A stretch of 64,000 nt of DNA from Nemertoderma westbladi (taxonomy: Eukaryota > Animalia > Xenacoelomorpha), in NCBI GenBank assembly GCA_032718475.1, contig JAUCBJ010001113.1, positions 1-64,000 of the forward strand, written 5' to 3'. How positions within the stretch are numbered: position 1 is the stretch's first letter; every line of letters starts with the position of its first letter. This document shows, piece by piece, positions 24,301-37,643 of this stretch. The position numbers and the translations under genes were made by a program. The notes under the pieces were generated by a model that made no database searches, had not been told where the DNA came from, and worked only from the letters and a program-made list of their open reading frames with translations.

Positions 24301-27300
24301 GCATCTGAAGAGACAGCCCAACTAGAGTTGGAAAATCTTCAAGAGAGGCAAGACAACTTCAATAAACAGATAACATCTAGTCAGATGCAGCTGATAAGTC
24401 GATCCACCCCCAAGCGACAGGGCTTTACATCATCGGATGAAGGCGATACAACAGATCCTGAAGGCGGAGGAAATAGATCTCGTCTCAGCAGGCGTAGAAG
24501 AATGCCCCACCGTCAGAAATTGCCTGATTTGCCCCCAGCTGTGAGAAGGCAACTAGCTAGCACAGACTTAGGTAGTACAGAACCCACAGACCAACTTATT
24601 AGAGTAGAAAGACTCCCTACTATAGTAGATGAACCTGAAATAATTAGGCCTGTTCTCGAAGCCACCCCTTTGGTGATAGAGACACCTGTACTCCCAGAAC
24701 CTACCTCTAAATTCCCTTTGCACAGCACTAAACTACCTGTGCCCAACAGAACCGCCCCTGAGACAGTTCCTGTCCTGGACTCCGAGCGAAATATCGATGA
24801 TTTGTTGCCCGTTGTCCCTCGTCTACCCGCTACTATGTTGGCGGCTCCCGCTTCGGCGGTCGAATGGGTGGATGAGGGGCGGCGGGGGATGAATCTCCTG
24901 CTCGGACAGATGCTGGAGACTGTTCACCAATTCAAGGGAACAGTAAAGGAAAGTAGGTTAGAGTTGCAAGAAGTGCAGCAGAATATCGCGTTAGAACGCG
25001 ATAAATTAGTAAATATACAAAAGGGTATACCACCACCCCCTGTAACAATGTGTCAACCTGTTAGGTCTGAAGTATTTCATGCGCAAGGTGTGGAGCCTAC
25101 ACGCATCTATACTGCTAGTGAAGTAGAAACTCCTATAGTAAACCCTATTAAGGGTAATTATAAACCTGTTGACAATGATATTCCATATAGACCTGATCAT
25201 AATCCGAGAAATTTATATACCGATAACTCGATATTAAATAACACGATGGCCCAAGAAAGTTTTACGCGTCAAATGGCTAGAACCGAAGCCCGTCAAGCGG
25301 TAAAGGTGGGAGAGATCGTCAAGTTCAATGGAGATGAGATGAAATGGTTACCTTTTAATGAATATTACAAAGATAACATACAGAACTCTGTGCTATCTAA
25401 TGGAGAGAAACTGAGATTCCTCATCGAGTGCTTGGAAGGATCTCCCAAGTTAATGGCGTTAAAGTTTATTGGACATCCAGATGGATTAAGACAAGTTTGG
25501 GATACACTAAACATCAGGTATGGTAATAGGAATAACATAGCTAGGTATTTGTATGCAAAATTGGTAGCGCCCCGAAAGTTCATTAGCAGCGGGATTATAG
25601 AGTTTTCCGATGAGATTCAGGAGATCTGTAGACAATTAGATTGGCTAGGTAAGTCTCATGAATATCAGAGTTCTATGGTTATTGGAGCCGTGGCCTCTAC
25701 TTTACCAAAGGGTGGAGTAGGTACATGCTGGGACAAGAAAGTCTTATATATGATGGAACAACAACGAAGACCATGGCTGATCTCATGTCATTCTTGGATG
25801 GAGAGGTAAAGTTACAGCTCCTAAAGCAGTCCAGAGAGAAGGCACCGGAAAATAAGGTAAGTGAAAAACCCGTTTCTAGGAGAAAGGTAACACCAGTGTG
25901 TTATACAGACGATGGCGAAAGCCAGGCTTCTCAAGAAGAGGATAGCGGGAAAGACACTGAAAGATCTTACTATGTCAACAAAGCGTCTAAAGACGTAAGT
26001 AAATTTAAGTCTCGAACCAATGACAGGAGAGAACAAGTAACAAAAACTCCTCCTACATCTCCTAATAGAGTTCACGGAAGAAAGCCCGAGGAAAGAACGA
26101 GAGTGCACAACGTTACCCAAGGTAAGGTGAGTAACATCAAACCAAAATGTGCGCTGTGCGACGGGCCCCACCGTTTAAGTGTGTGTGATAAATTTTTAAA
26201 GAAATCACTACAAGATAGACGTGAAGTCATGTGGGATAAGCGGTTGTGTTATAATTGCCTCAGACAAGGACACAAACGGCGAACCTGTTACTCCGATGCA
26301 AGGTGTGCAAAGTGTGGCGCGAAACATCATATCTTGTTGCACACTGAATTCGAAAGAAACAGCCCGAGTCAGGTAAGTGAGCCCGAACTACATGTCCAAT
26401 TCAGTGATGTGAACGACACGGACCAAAGTTCTGAGATGGAAGGATTCTATATGGATGAATTCTCCGACGAAAACGAATCCTGTTACCTAATAAATACCGC
26501 AGTGTATCGAGCACTTATGTATGAGAAAGAAACCGATAGTGAGCTCCCCCCAACTGCTCCTGACCAACAACCATTTTGGAAAGCACCAACTTCCAATGTA
26601 GGAATCCGAGAATTTCCCGTAGTGCCGTTGAGAGTCCACGGGCCTAAAAAGAGTTATATAGTGAACGCCCTCCTTGACTCCGGCAGCACAGCAACATTCA
26701 TCAACAAAGAACAAGCCGAAGACATCTTTGCTGGACAACCCAAGTTCCGAACTAAGTTAAACATGTCAGGAATTATGCAGGTTTGGAAATCTACAGTAAT
26801 TGCAGATTGCTATGTAGGTGCGTTGTCCACCCCCCAGGATAAACTAGGAGAACACAGTATAAGGTCAGTAAAAATGGTGGCGATAAAGAACTTCGCTACC
26901 AGCCAAGTGGAACCTTATAACTGGGATGAGGACAATTTCACCCAGCAGCTTAAGATACCTAGATTCAACACAGACTACTCTGGAGTGCAAATACTCATCG
27001 GCCAAAATGCGCATGAGGCGCTTGAGACATTGGAGAAACGTCCTGCTCAACCGCAACCACTACAAACCTATGCGGGAAGAACTAGAGTAGGTTGGTACTT
27101 TACTGGCCCTTCCCGTAGAACTCTCATGGAAAGGTTACCCAAAGAACGGGTCTACCAGGTAAGTGAATGGGAAACGGAGAGCAGTGAGGTAGACGACCCA
27201 ACTGAGGGAACACCATACTCCTCAGATAATGACGATATCCACCAACTCTTCGACGAGGAGAATACCATCGACCTCCTTACGGAAAACGAAACTTGGCAAA

Positions 27301-28339
27301 ACCAAGTGAACCTATGTCAACTCATTTGTCCATCAGGACCAGTCGACTATAACGACGAACTGAATGATGTGATAGATCGCTACAACGCGAAGACTCGGGA
27401 TGAACACGCCGTACGATTCTTTACTCAAGAGGCTGTAGAGCCCAATTCCTACGATAAGGCCCTATCGGTAGAAGAAGAAAGAGCCAAGCAGATACAGGAA
27501 ACAACTACACGTTTTCTTAAAGATCGAGGTAGATATGAAATTGGTCTGCCATTTCGAAAGCGAGAACCTATATTTATAAACAACCGACCCTTGGCGGAGA
27601 AAAGAATTGCGCAACTACATCGACGCCTTACGGCAAATGCTTCAGCTAAGGAAATGTACAAAACTCAGTTGAAGAAATTTATTGACAAGGGATATGCGGA
27701 GCGAGTACCGGAAGAAACACCCATAACTGAGAGAACGTACTATCTAACACATCATTACGTTCCCAAACCCGGTAAACCCAACGAAGTCCGGGTAGTATTT
27801 GACGACTCCGCCCTCTACATGGGCCAATCCCTCAATTCCGAGTTGTTGCCAGGACCCAACTTCCTCCAATCCTTGTTGGGAATGCTCTTAAGATTACGAC
27901 AATATTCAATCACCTTTGCCTCAGATATAGAAGGCATGTTCTTACAAGTTAAGGCGCTGGATAGGGATCGAGACAGCCTACGATTTCTGTGGTGGCCTGA
28001 GGGAGACCTCAACCAGAAACCGGTGGAGTACTGGATGACCATCCAGGCTTTTGGGATCATCTCGAGCCCTTCAAACGCCTGCTCAGTAGTGCGCACCACT
28101 GCTGATGACAACCGGGACGCCTTCTCTAAAGAGGTGATCGACAACATCAAACGGGATATATACATGGACGACAATTTAAAGTCCCTCCCATCAGTGGAAG
28201 AAGCCATTGATGTCGCCAAAGGAACGGTAGAGTGCTTGAAAAGAAGAGAGTTTCTGGAATCGATCCCGGTAGAAGACCGAGGAGTTAAAGATCTAGACCT
28301 AATCAAAGACGATCGTTCGGACTAAACGGATTTGTTTAA

Positions 28340-29050
28340 GGGGGGGGTACACCATTTTGGTCCAAAATATGTCGAATTTTTTTTTATGGTAGATTATAAT
28401 GCACCATTGAATGGTGTTTCGAAATCTGAAAACCGCTATTTAATAGTTCTTTTACTTTTCAAGTTATGTAAATTTCCATTTAGGGAATCCTATTGAAATT
28501 ACTATTACTATGTATAATGAAAGGTCGATTATCTCCAAATATTTTTTTCATGAAATTGTCGACTTCAAAACCCTACTACTTCTACAATTTTTGAGTAATT
28601 AGTCTGAAACTTTCTGTGGGTGTCTAGATAGCCACCCTGCATAAAAGTATCAGGCAACTTTTCGAAATTTTTTGTTAATAAAATTTAATACTATTTATAA
28701 AAAACCTAAAAATTAGCATAAATTTGCAGCGCCACCTAGCGGTGCAGAATTATTTTAAAAAAATTTCGCCTGATAGTTATGTTGCCCCATCTTTGATCTA
28801 TCATATAAACAAACTTTCATGTGATTAGGTTCAAAACTGTAAAAGCCTTAGGGTTTTAAGCGCAACCAAGTTTTTTTTATTGTTAACTAGTATTAACTAA
28901 TATTAAATAGCGGAAAAAAAAACTTTTCTGACCTGGCATGTAGAATAGCATCTTAGGCACCTATATGCCAAATTTTAGCCAAAACCAAACAATTTTGAAA
29001 CGCTGACAGTGATAAATCGAAGAGTTGTCCGAAAATGGTGTACCCCCCCC
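28340..29050. mobile_element. Non-autonomous DNA transposon with TTAA TSD and GG termini (Kolobok-like)
   Basis: TTAA-GGGGGGGGTACACCATTTT ... AAAATGGTGTACCCCCCCC-TTAA. Removal restores TKRICLSIL in pol. Confidence 0.9.
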
Positions 29051-32000
29051 TTAAGTATCCTGAGCACTTATTTCGATCCATTGGGATTTATTAGCCCAGT
29101 TATATTGATTGCTCGGAGTTTAGTACAACAACTGTGGCTTGAAAACCACTCATGGGACGATCAACTTAAGGGAGAACTATTAAAGAAGTGGATGAAATAG
29201 GAAGATTCTCTACCGTCCATCGAGAACTTTATAATCTCCCGTTCATATTTTGGTCATGTTCTCCCTACTTATTCCTATCAACTCCATGTGTTTGGAGACG
29301 CCAGCGATATGGGAATAGGTATAGTAGCCTACCTGAGAGTTGAAACTCCGGATGGAATCAAGGTCGCCTTGGTTACCTCTAAGGCCTTGATAAACAACAA
29401 GTTGAAAGTTCCTCGAGCGGAGTTAAAAGCGGCTCTATACGCTACAGCCATCGGCCGGAATGTAACAGAACAGATCGACTATCCACTGGAGAAAACTGTC
29501 TATTGGACCGATGCGTTGCTCGTGTTGGAGTATATAACCAATGAAGTCTGTCAGTTCAGCGTCTTTGTTACCAACAGAGTAGCCATTATACTTAGTCGCA
29601 CGAAGATAGATCAATTGAGACATTGCCCCGGAACGATTAATCCACCCGACATCGCCTCCAGGGGAGCAACTCCACAAGAACTGATAGATACTCCAGACTG
29701 GTTAGGTGGACCCGACTTCCTAAGCAAAGCAGAGGATGAATGGCCTCCTCATCTTACTACGGCGGAGATTAGACAGGCCAAGGGAGCGGAGAAAGTCAAA
29801 CCTAAAACTCGGGCGAGTAAATCGAAGTTATTTAAACCCGTGGTAGATCTGTCTGTACTACACACTTCCGGAGAAGACGCTTTGGATCCGAAACCCACAG
29901 CCACAAATAAGTCTGTTGTGGAAATCAGAGAGAGGGATTGGAAATCTGGAATACCAGACGTCTCGCAAGGACTCTCACCTCTCCTGCAGAGAGCGATACA
30001 TCATTATAGTTCCTGGAATCGGCTCTGTAAGGCCGTTACATATTTAAAGCGATGTTTTCATCATCACTACTCCAGGACGAAGACCACTAGTGATACCGCT
30101 CCACTGACATCTGCGCAGGTCCATGTTGTTAAAGATCTTCCCAAATACAATATATCCGACAGGTTTCTGAAGGAGAAGATCAGTTACCAGGAGCATGAAG
30201 AAACCAATAAGCAGATACTGAGACTCCTGCAATGCTATGAGGATTCCGATAAGTATTTCCTGTTGTTGAGAAATCCACAGATGCGCTTAAGGGATCGTTT
30301 CTCTAGCACAATGATAGATGGGTTAATACGTGTTGGAGGAAGACTAACTAATGCTCCATTATCCTTTGACACTAAGTTTCCCATACTCATTAGAAATCTT
30401 GAAATACAAATCAAGATGATTGTAGATATTCACAGTAAGCTTTATCATGCTGGTAGAGAACGAGTTCTTAGCGAAATTCGAACTCGCTATTATTTTTATA
30501 AACCCCATAGAGCTCTGAACCAAGTTCTTAGGAACTGCATACCCTGTAGGAAAGCATTCAGTAGGCCTTTAACACAGCGAGAGGCAGAATTACCTAGGGA
30601 ACGAGTAAGCTTCTATGAACCACCCTTTACTAATACCGGTGTGGATTTATTTGGCCCTATTGAAGTATATCGTGCTAGGACTATAGTCAAGAGATGGTGT
30701 GTCATCTTTGTCTGTATGACTTGTAGAGCTATCCATCTCGATATGGTGAACGATTTATCTACCAATAGCTTCATATTGAGCTTACGCCGACAGATCTCTC
30801 GCTTTGGAACTAGTAACACGATGAGATCTGATAAGGGAACGAACTTCATTGGTGCCAACAATGAAATCAAGGCTTACATCAAAGATTGGAACCAAAGACA
30901 GGTGGACGATCAGCTAAGGGTAACAGCGTCTAGCTGGACCTTCAACGCCGCCGACGCCCCTTGGTGGGGAGGAAGTTGGGAGAGATTAATCAGGAGCGTG
31001 AAGACAGCATTTCACTTTATAGAGCCGTGCCGCACGTATCTCACCGACGAACTTTTGCGGACGTTAATGGAGGAAATCGCCGCCTATCTCAACGAGAGAC
31101 CGCTTATGCCAGTCTCATCGAGTCCCAATTCCCTGGAAGCGCTAACACCCGCGCACTTCCTACTGAAGAAACATGTAGCCATGCTCCCACGATCGGAAAT
31201 CACGGACGGAGACGAATACTGCCGGCAAACTTGGCAACTTATGCAGTTGTTATCCCGTCGTTTCGCTGACCATTTCGAAAAACATTATCTGCCTACGCTA
31301 CAACTTCGAACTAAGTGGTTTGCGCAGCAAGAAAACGTCAGCGCTGGAGACATGGTCCTTATTGTAGATTCAGATCTTCCACGTAAGCGGTGGCAGACAG
31401 GTCGTATCATCGAGACTCATATCTTGGATGATGGTTTGGTGCGATCGGTAGAACTCGTCGTCATGCGATGTAACTTTAAGAAACCGGGAATTGTCTTCGA
31501 GACACAGCAGCTCAATCGCCCAGTTGGTCGTTTATGTTTACTGGAAAGAGACAGAGAACTCTCCGGAAACTATGGAAGGCAAGATACTCTTCCCACGACC
31601 ACCTCCCTAATCCAACAAACATCTAGGGACTCCCCAACGTGACAGCGTCTGGAGTGGGGGTGTGACTATATTATTTTAAGTTTGTTTTTATTATTTTATA
31701 TTTATGTATGTATTATTATGTAATTTTATTATAATCGTTTTCTTTAATTTTATTTAGTAGAATGTTATTTTAGCGATTATTTAGTAGATTAGTGCAATAT
31801 ATATTAGTCTTATTATTTAATTACTTATATATTATATATTTAGTGCGACAGCGAGAAATAATTCTTTTTCTCTTTCCTTACTGTCCGTATCATATTATAA
31901 ATACGTGACTACAGTAAGATGAAATATCCGTACTTATTAAAGTACAATAAAGCTCCTACTATATTTAAGTATTATTGGTAAGTAGAGTATTGGGAATGCA

Positions 32001-32194
32001 AAGTTCAGATCCTCGTGTCTCAACTAAACCAAGCTCTGGGTAGACCTTGGAAACGACTTGCCTCTTCTCACTGACATTGCTTCTTGCGATATTGCTCTCA
32101 TACCGTATATTAAATAATACATATATAGTAGCGTGATGTCCCTTTAACAGTAGCGTACAACGCAAATAAATCTGTTAAACCCTTTGACCATCTG

Positions 32195-32550
32195 TAATTC
32201 TAGTTGATTAAGATATCGCGGCACCCACCGATATACTTGAAAGACAAAATTCTAGAATCAGTGGTTAACGTCCCCAGACATGTTCTGGAATAAACCGGTG
32301 CCCATCTTAAATATTAACTATTAATATTTACAAAATCTGTCAAATAGATACAATAGAGTAACTACTTACAAGTTAACTCTAAAAGTCTATAAATTAAAAT
32401 CCGTAAAATTTTAGATCCTTTAAAATTCTAGTCTATTAAGATATCGTAGCACTTACCAATACTCTTAAAAGGACAAATTTCCTAGAATTCAGGATCCTAG
32501 TTCCCAGACATTCTCTGGAATAAAATTGTGTCTATTTAATTTTAAATAAT
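32195..32550. repeat. ~228-bp-period degenerate direct repeat in the BEL 3' non-coding region
   Basis: AATTCTAGT..ATTAAGATATCG..GCAC...CCCAGACAT..TCTGGAATAAA at ~32196 and ~32424. Confidence 0.75.
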
Positions 32551-33347
32551 AAAATTTATGGGAATAAATTTAAATTCATATCTTTTAATGAATTTGATAA
32601 ATTGTCATTTTTATACAATTTATAATATTCCCAAAATTCCATTAATTAATAGATCATGGGAGCGGAGATTCACCCTATTAAGTATATTAGTGTGCAAGAA
32701 TCTCCAATATATTGTCAATAGCCGATAAAATTCATAAAATCATGTATAAAGAGGAATATTGACAATTAAAGAATTACTATTAAATAGCATCCCAGATCTG
32801 TATGCATGAGAATTACCCTAATTCTACTGCTAGCTTTCCATAATGTCACCATGGCAACAACCACGCTAGAATTAGAAGTGAGTTAAAAGAACAATAGAAA
32901 GCTTGCCCCATTGAATAGCATAAGGAATAAATAGCACACTGCTAGTATCCCAGGATATATAATAATAACGTGGCATTCTGGAAGGCACTTGACTAAAGGA
33001 CAAATGGCCCGAATGTGTGCGGTTTGTGACAGTTGTGTGGAATTTGTGCGTTTATAGGTGAATGTTACTACTAAAGTGTGTTTACAGTAGCGAGTCGCAA
33101 TTGTGAAAGTAGCCCTAACTCTGCAGTAATAACCTGAAGTAAATCTTATCCCTTGGGACGGACAGTGGAGTGACTCGCGCTGGTTGTTATTGTCGTTGTG
33201 CAGCTACTATGTTGGCGATAAGCACAGCGGCGACAGTACATCAGCGCTGAGGATCTTGCGCTGTCCGGGGGCCGTGAGGGGTAGGCAGCGACGCCCGCTA
33301 GCCTAATTATAAACTCATTATAATATTGATAAACTCATATAGCAGCT

Positions 33348-34898
33348 ATGACTGAGTTGATAGAAGATAATCTTGATATCAGGGAGCGATATACTCTACA
33401 TTTACAAGCGTTTGTTGATAGCTTGACATGCGGCGACGCTAGTCCAACTACTACGGAGGACGATGGTCGTTATATCGAACCGCCGATGTCCCAGTAGCAA
33501 CTTACGCGTGAATTGGACTATAGAAAATTCACCGCTTGCTATATGCATCGTAATGGTACATATATGGACTTCTTAACTACTGGCCATCCTATCGATTTAC
33601 ACGATACGGACTATGTCGACACCGAAAGGGAAATGGTACTATTTAAGTTTCCTACCCAGCGGAGTCGGAACGATAAACTGAAAATCGAATGCGAAAATTC
33701 TATTCGAAATCGACCCAAAAGAGAAGATGTTAAAGAACCGGATAAACGCGGTAACTCCAACGTATATTTGGAATTCTTGAGAGAAACATTGTAAAACCAA
33801 ATAAATATCACCCGCGTTTCCCCTACAAGACGTGCGTCTTTGGTATTATTGCGATGAATGCCCAAGACCCAACCAACAAACGGAAAGACATAAACATCCG
33901 CGGAGACGTTGCTTTAAACACGGTTTTACTCGCTATATTTAAGGGAGTTTCGAGCGAAACTTGTTCGATGTATCACCTACGCTCGCTCGACTCAAACGAT
34001 CCTTAAATAAACCTATGATCAGAGTTCCGGAATACTCGGTCGGACCTCCTCATTCCCTAGTTAGACCTCAGACTCTTGATCCTAATAGTATCATGGATAC
34101 TCCCGAACTGTACTCACGGTTCAAAGATCTAGTGTTACCCGAACAGTTAGTCGGTGGCACTCCGGTTGTGGGCTCCCTAGATATTCGCCCATCTTACCTT
34201 GCCGGATTGGGACGCGGACATCTAATATCGCCATTCAACCGCATCATCGTCCCAGTTTAACCCGATACAACCTGTCACCGAGGTGGAGGAGAGAGTTGTA
34301 CGAAACGCGTTGGACACTATTCGTCAAAAGATCGGAAAAGGAACCTACAATTGTTTAGAGATACGTAAATTGCAGCAACTAGTCCAAGCGGTAAACGAAT
34401 TAGCTTTATCTCAGTTTGATCAGGAAATCCAGAATCTATAAGAAGATATCGAACTTGGACGACTCTACTTTCTGCAAGAGTTTGGACAAATGTTTTCAAC
34501 GACAAGCGGAGGAAAATCAGCTCGAGGAGAAGCATATCGATTCCGATAGAGCCCGAGAACGCGAGTTGGAAAGAATCATCAAACCGAGGAAATTTCTCAC
34601 TATACACGGTCCACCTACCGCTCTCGTGCAAATGACCCGTCAGGGACCAGTAAGAGCTGCTGTCTCAAAACGCGCTCTCAAGGTTGTTCGACCTCGTTCC
34701 ACTGAGGTTGATACCGATCAACCAGGTACCTCGACCGGCGGATACACCGACCGTAACCCTAAACCTTCTGATGCAATTGTATTGCACCCTTCACCCAAGG
34801 GTTATAGCCCTCCTAGTAAAGTGGCTCACCCCAAAGAGAAAAGGACTCTTGCTAGCCTCAAAAAACTGCGTAAATGCCGTCCTCGCAAGAAAGACTAA
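33348..34898 (+). pseudogene. Disrupted extra ORF of unknown function between pol and the 3' LTR
   Basis: ATG at 33348. Coding-like composition in AT-rich surroundings, chained ORF pieces 33513-33794, 33961-34260 and 34416-34898, ending ~80 bp before the LTR. Confidence 0.6.
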
Positions 34899-34976
34899 CT
34901 GTTTAGAGTATTTTTATATTTTAGAAACTGTGATTTTTTATATTTTATAGAATTAAATCCCATTTTCTGGGAGCAG

Positions 34977-36164
34977 TGTAAAGGCTTTTGCGGAATTAGC
35001 TAGTCATTTTCCCCGCAAAGTACTCTGTAGGTGTTTTAGCGGACATAAAAAGCCGTTTCCTTACTGTACCGGTGTTTTAGTGGACATAAAAAGCCATTTC
35101 TTCTGTATGTGTACTTTAGCGGGCATAACTGGCGATTTTGTGTCGCAGTGCGCCAGGGTGCTCTTGATGCAGTGTGGTTCCGATGACGGCATCTGTCGGC
35201 TGATGTGTCCACGTGTAACTTTTTCTTTGTTCTTTGTTCGGTTGGCCAATCAGAGCGATTTTCATTTTATTTGTACAGAAACCTCCGGGAAATCGCGCAA
35301 TGCATTCTGGACTTTGTTTACCTTTTTTCCTAAGCCTAGAACATCGGCTGTGGAATTATTCTGTGTTTCAGACTTTAGCCAAACATTAGAACGGCTTTGA
35401 TTATAGAAACATATAACTGTTATCAACTCCTCTCAGTCTGCCATACCTGGCATACCAGACTCGCCGTACCTTTCACCGCATTATTTTACTGCTATTTACT
35501 GTCGGTTATTAATTGTATCAGTTGATGGAATATTGTTATATTTGGAGAATATGGATAAATAATCAGAAAACCCCAATCTTCTTGATATACTGAAGGTTAG
35601 AGAGACCGGTTACATATAGCAATTGCAACTTACATTAAAGTGGTTTTGGAGTGAATTTAATGCTATTTCATAGGCCCTACAGGTGTCAGTTGTTGTTCTC
35701 TTTATATGTGACTAAAATTAGTGAAGGTCGGCAGATCGGTGTGCAGCATTGTGCAGTAGTGTGCATGACTGTGACAGATAACAAAACATCTCCTAAAGAA
35801 TGCACTTTATACGTGAATCAATAGCCATCCTGTTGTGTTTAGTGTAAGTCATAACTCTGTTTACATACTTAGAGCGAAACGTCCTAAAGGAACTGTTAAT
35901 ATTTCCCGAAAGTGAATAATATTTGTCAGAGATTATATATTAACGATCAATCGAATAATACAGTAGGCCTACACCGCAATAAGGTCAGAGCTTCCGAATC
36001 CAGTCTCCCGGGTAAATCCAGCGGGTGAATGGTCGCGCATAGGCTGGCTTCGGCTAATGTAGTTTATGTGTATCAAATACTTGTCATAGGCTAAAGTCGA
36101 TTTATAACCTAGAAGACACCTAAATTTGGCAGGTTAAACTGCTAAAGGTCTAAAAGCGCGAACA
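34977..36164 (+). repeat. 3' LTR (1188 bp)
   Basis: Matches the 5' LTR. Preceded by a short purine-rich GGGAGCAG and followed by TSD GTAGC. Confidence 0.96.
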
Positions 36165-36169
36165 GTAGC

Positions 36170-36405
36170 ACTATAAAATCCCCTCGCACTCTCTGTTACT
36201 AATTTTCAACAGTTCAACATTCACTCTATGTTGTATGGTTTATAGTTAACCTTTAGAACTCACAGTCAGGCGCGCCTTCATTCAACCAGTCATATAAAGG
36301 CTCTACATGGATACAATAGGTGTGGCTAGCAGTATAACTATATAAAGTCCACCGCATTCTCTGTTACTAACATTCAACAGTTTAACATTCACTCTATGTT
36401 GATGG
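36170..36405. repeat. Degenerate tandem repeat that was the BEL target (continues from 19645-19788)
   Basis: GTTAACCTTTAGAACTCACAGTCAG and GGATACAATAGGTGTGGCTAG occur on both sides of the BEL element. Confidence 0.75.
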
Positions 36406-36560
36406 GCCTATATAAAACATAGTTAGTTTATTTATGTGTTCGCTTTTTTAAATTAAATTACATATAAAATAGACAAACAGACTGATAACATTTAATACCG
36501 GTAACATTTAGGCCTACTTTATAAATGAGTGTACTAGTTAGGTACTAGTTAGATATGCTT

Positions 36561-36956
36561 CTATGAAAAATGATGATGGTTATTATTATTACTGGTAGGT
36601 ATAGCAAGTTGAATTTCTTTCCAAGTAGCCTCTGCCGGTCCTGGTATAGTTGCTGCGTTATCTGTTTCCCAATTCTCTTCTTGAGTTGCCGGTATTAATT
36701 CGTTTTGATTACCGGTAACTTCTTCTTCTGATCCTGGATTTATTCTTATATTCAATGAAAAGTTTTTCGTTGTTTCTAACTTAGTTACTCCTTGTTCGTG
36801 ATTTATGATGTTAGTGAATCCGATTTCAAATGTTCTATTGTTATAACTGATTTCCAAATCAGTAACGTTTTCTGATGATACAAAAGTATCTTTGCTATCG
36901 AAATCAAACTTTATGGTGCTTTTCAACGAACGGTTGTTAATAAAAGCAAAAGTCAT
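36561..36956 (-). CDS. Hypothetical Polinton-associated protein
   Basis: Intact 131-aa ORF co-oriented with pPolB and the TBP-like gene; no recognised motif. Confidence 0.4.
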   Translation of the reverse strand: MTFAFINNRSLKSTIKFDFDSKDTFVSSENVTDLEISYNNRTFEIGFTNIINHEQGVTKLETTKNFSLNIRINPGSEEEVTGNQNELIPATQEENWETDNAATIPGPAEATWKEIQLAIPTSNNNNHHHFS

Positions 36957-37643
36957 CTTCTCAGGTTAGTTTAGGCTTATATATATATATATAGTCTAAG
37001 GGTAACAGGCAGGGTGGATACAGTATACCGGTATTTTTTTTTTTCTTATTTTGGTTAACAAAATTATAGTTCACTGTTTGAAAAATTGAGTTTATATATA
37101 TTTTTATAGACGGTCACAGAAGTTCACATTACAAAATTCACATAGTTAACAAAACGTTCAACATAAACTTTTCCCATGCGGATTAGCGATATATGCTCTG
37201 TTCATTATTCTATTATATTCTATTCTATTCTGAATGTAGTGAAATGCATAGCCGATGTTTTAATAATATGTATACGGGCTAGTAACAGATAGGAGGGCTT
37301 CAACTTTGACTATGAATACCAATACATAGCCCTAAACTTTTCTCAACAGGCTTAGCGATGTATAATTTAGCCAGCAATAGTGATGCTCTCTGCACACAGT
37401 CATAAGTAACAGATGTGCTACCGTAGCTCACTCGCGAGCTGTGATGCTTAGCTAGCTACTGTCTCTGGGTATACTAAGCATACTAGGCTGTTACAAGCAG
37501 TCGCTCTGCTGAAGTTAGTTAGTTAGTTCGTTTCCCCAACTAGTTGTTGATTTAAAAAATATTCATAAATTTCTTCTCCCTCAAATTAATATATATTTTA
37601 CAGTAAAAAACCCCCATCACCAAACAACAATAAATGTCACTCT

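Larger units (their letters stand above)
22928..31642 (+). pseudogene. BEL/Pao gag-pol polyprotein (two frameshifts, MITE insertion, small deletions, one stop)
   Basis: DUF1759-like KFNGDEMKW; knuckles CALC..H..C, CYNCL..GH...C, CAKC..KHH.LLH; protease ALLDSGS; RT SDIEGMFLQV and YMDD; RH FGDAS, YWTD; integrase H..LYHAG, C..C, TGVDLFGP, SDKGTNF, GGSWERL; DUF5641-like tail. Confidence 0.95.
19789..36164 (+). mobile_element. Full-length BEL/Pao LTR retrotransposon, 16.4 kb, 5-bp TSD GTAGC
   Basis: TG...CA LTRs, GTAGC at 19784-19788 and 36165-36169, Gag-PR-RT-RH-IN order with BEL-type cysteine motifs. Confidence 0.96.

Noticed and set aside
23935-24321. Antisense Cys/Leu/Pro-rich ORFs (also 56418-57155)
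   Set aside because: Shadows of the coiled-coil coding repeats on the opposite strand.
23659-25809. Programmed frameshifts in BEL gag
   Set aside because: No clear slippery site was seen and BEL gag-pol is normally one ORF. Other lesions show that this copy is decaying.
33348-34898. env gene
   Set aside because: No signal peptide, fusion peptide or transmembrane segment visible.
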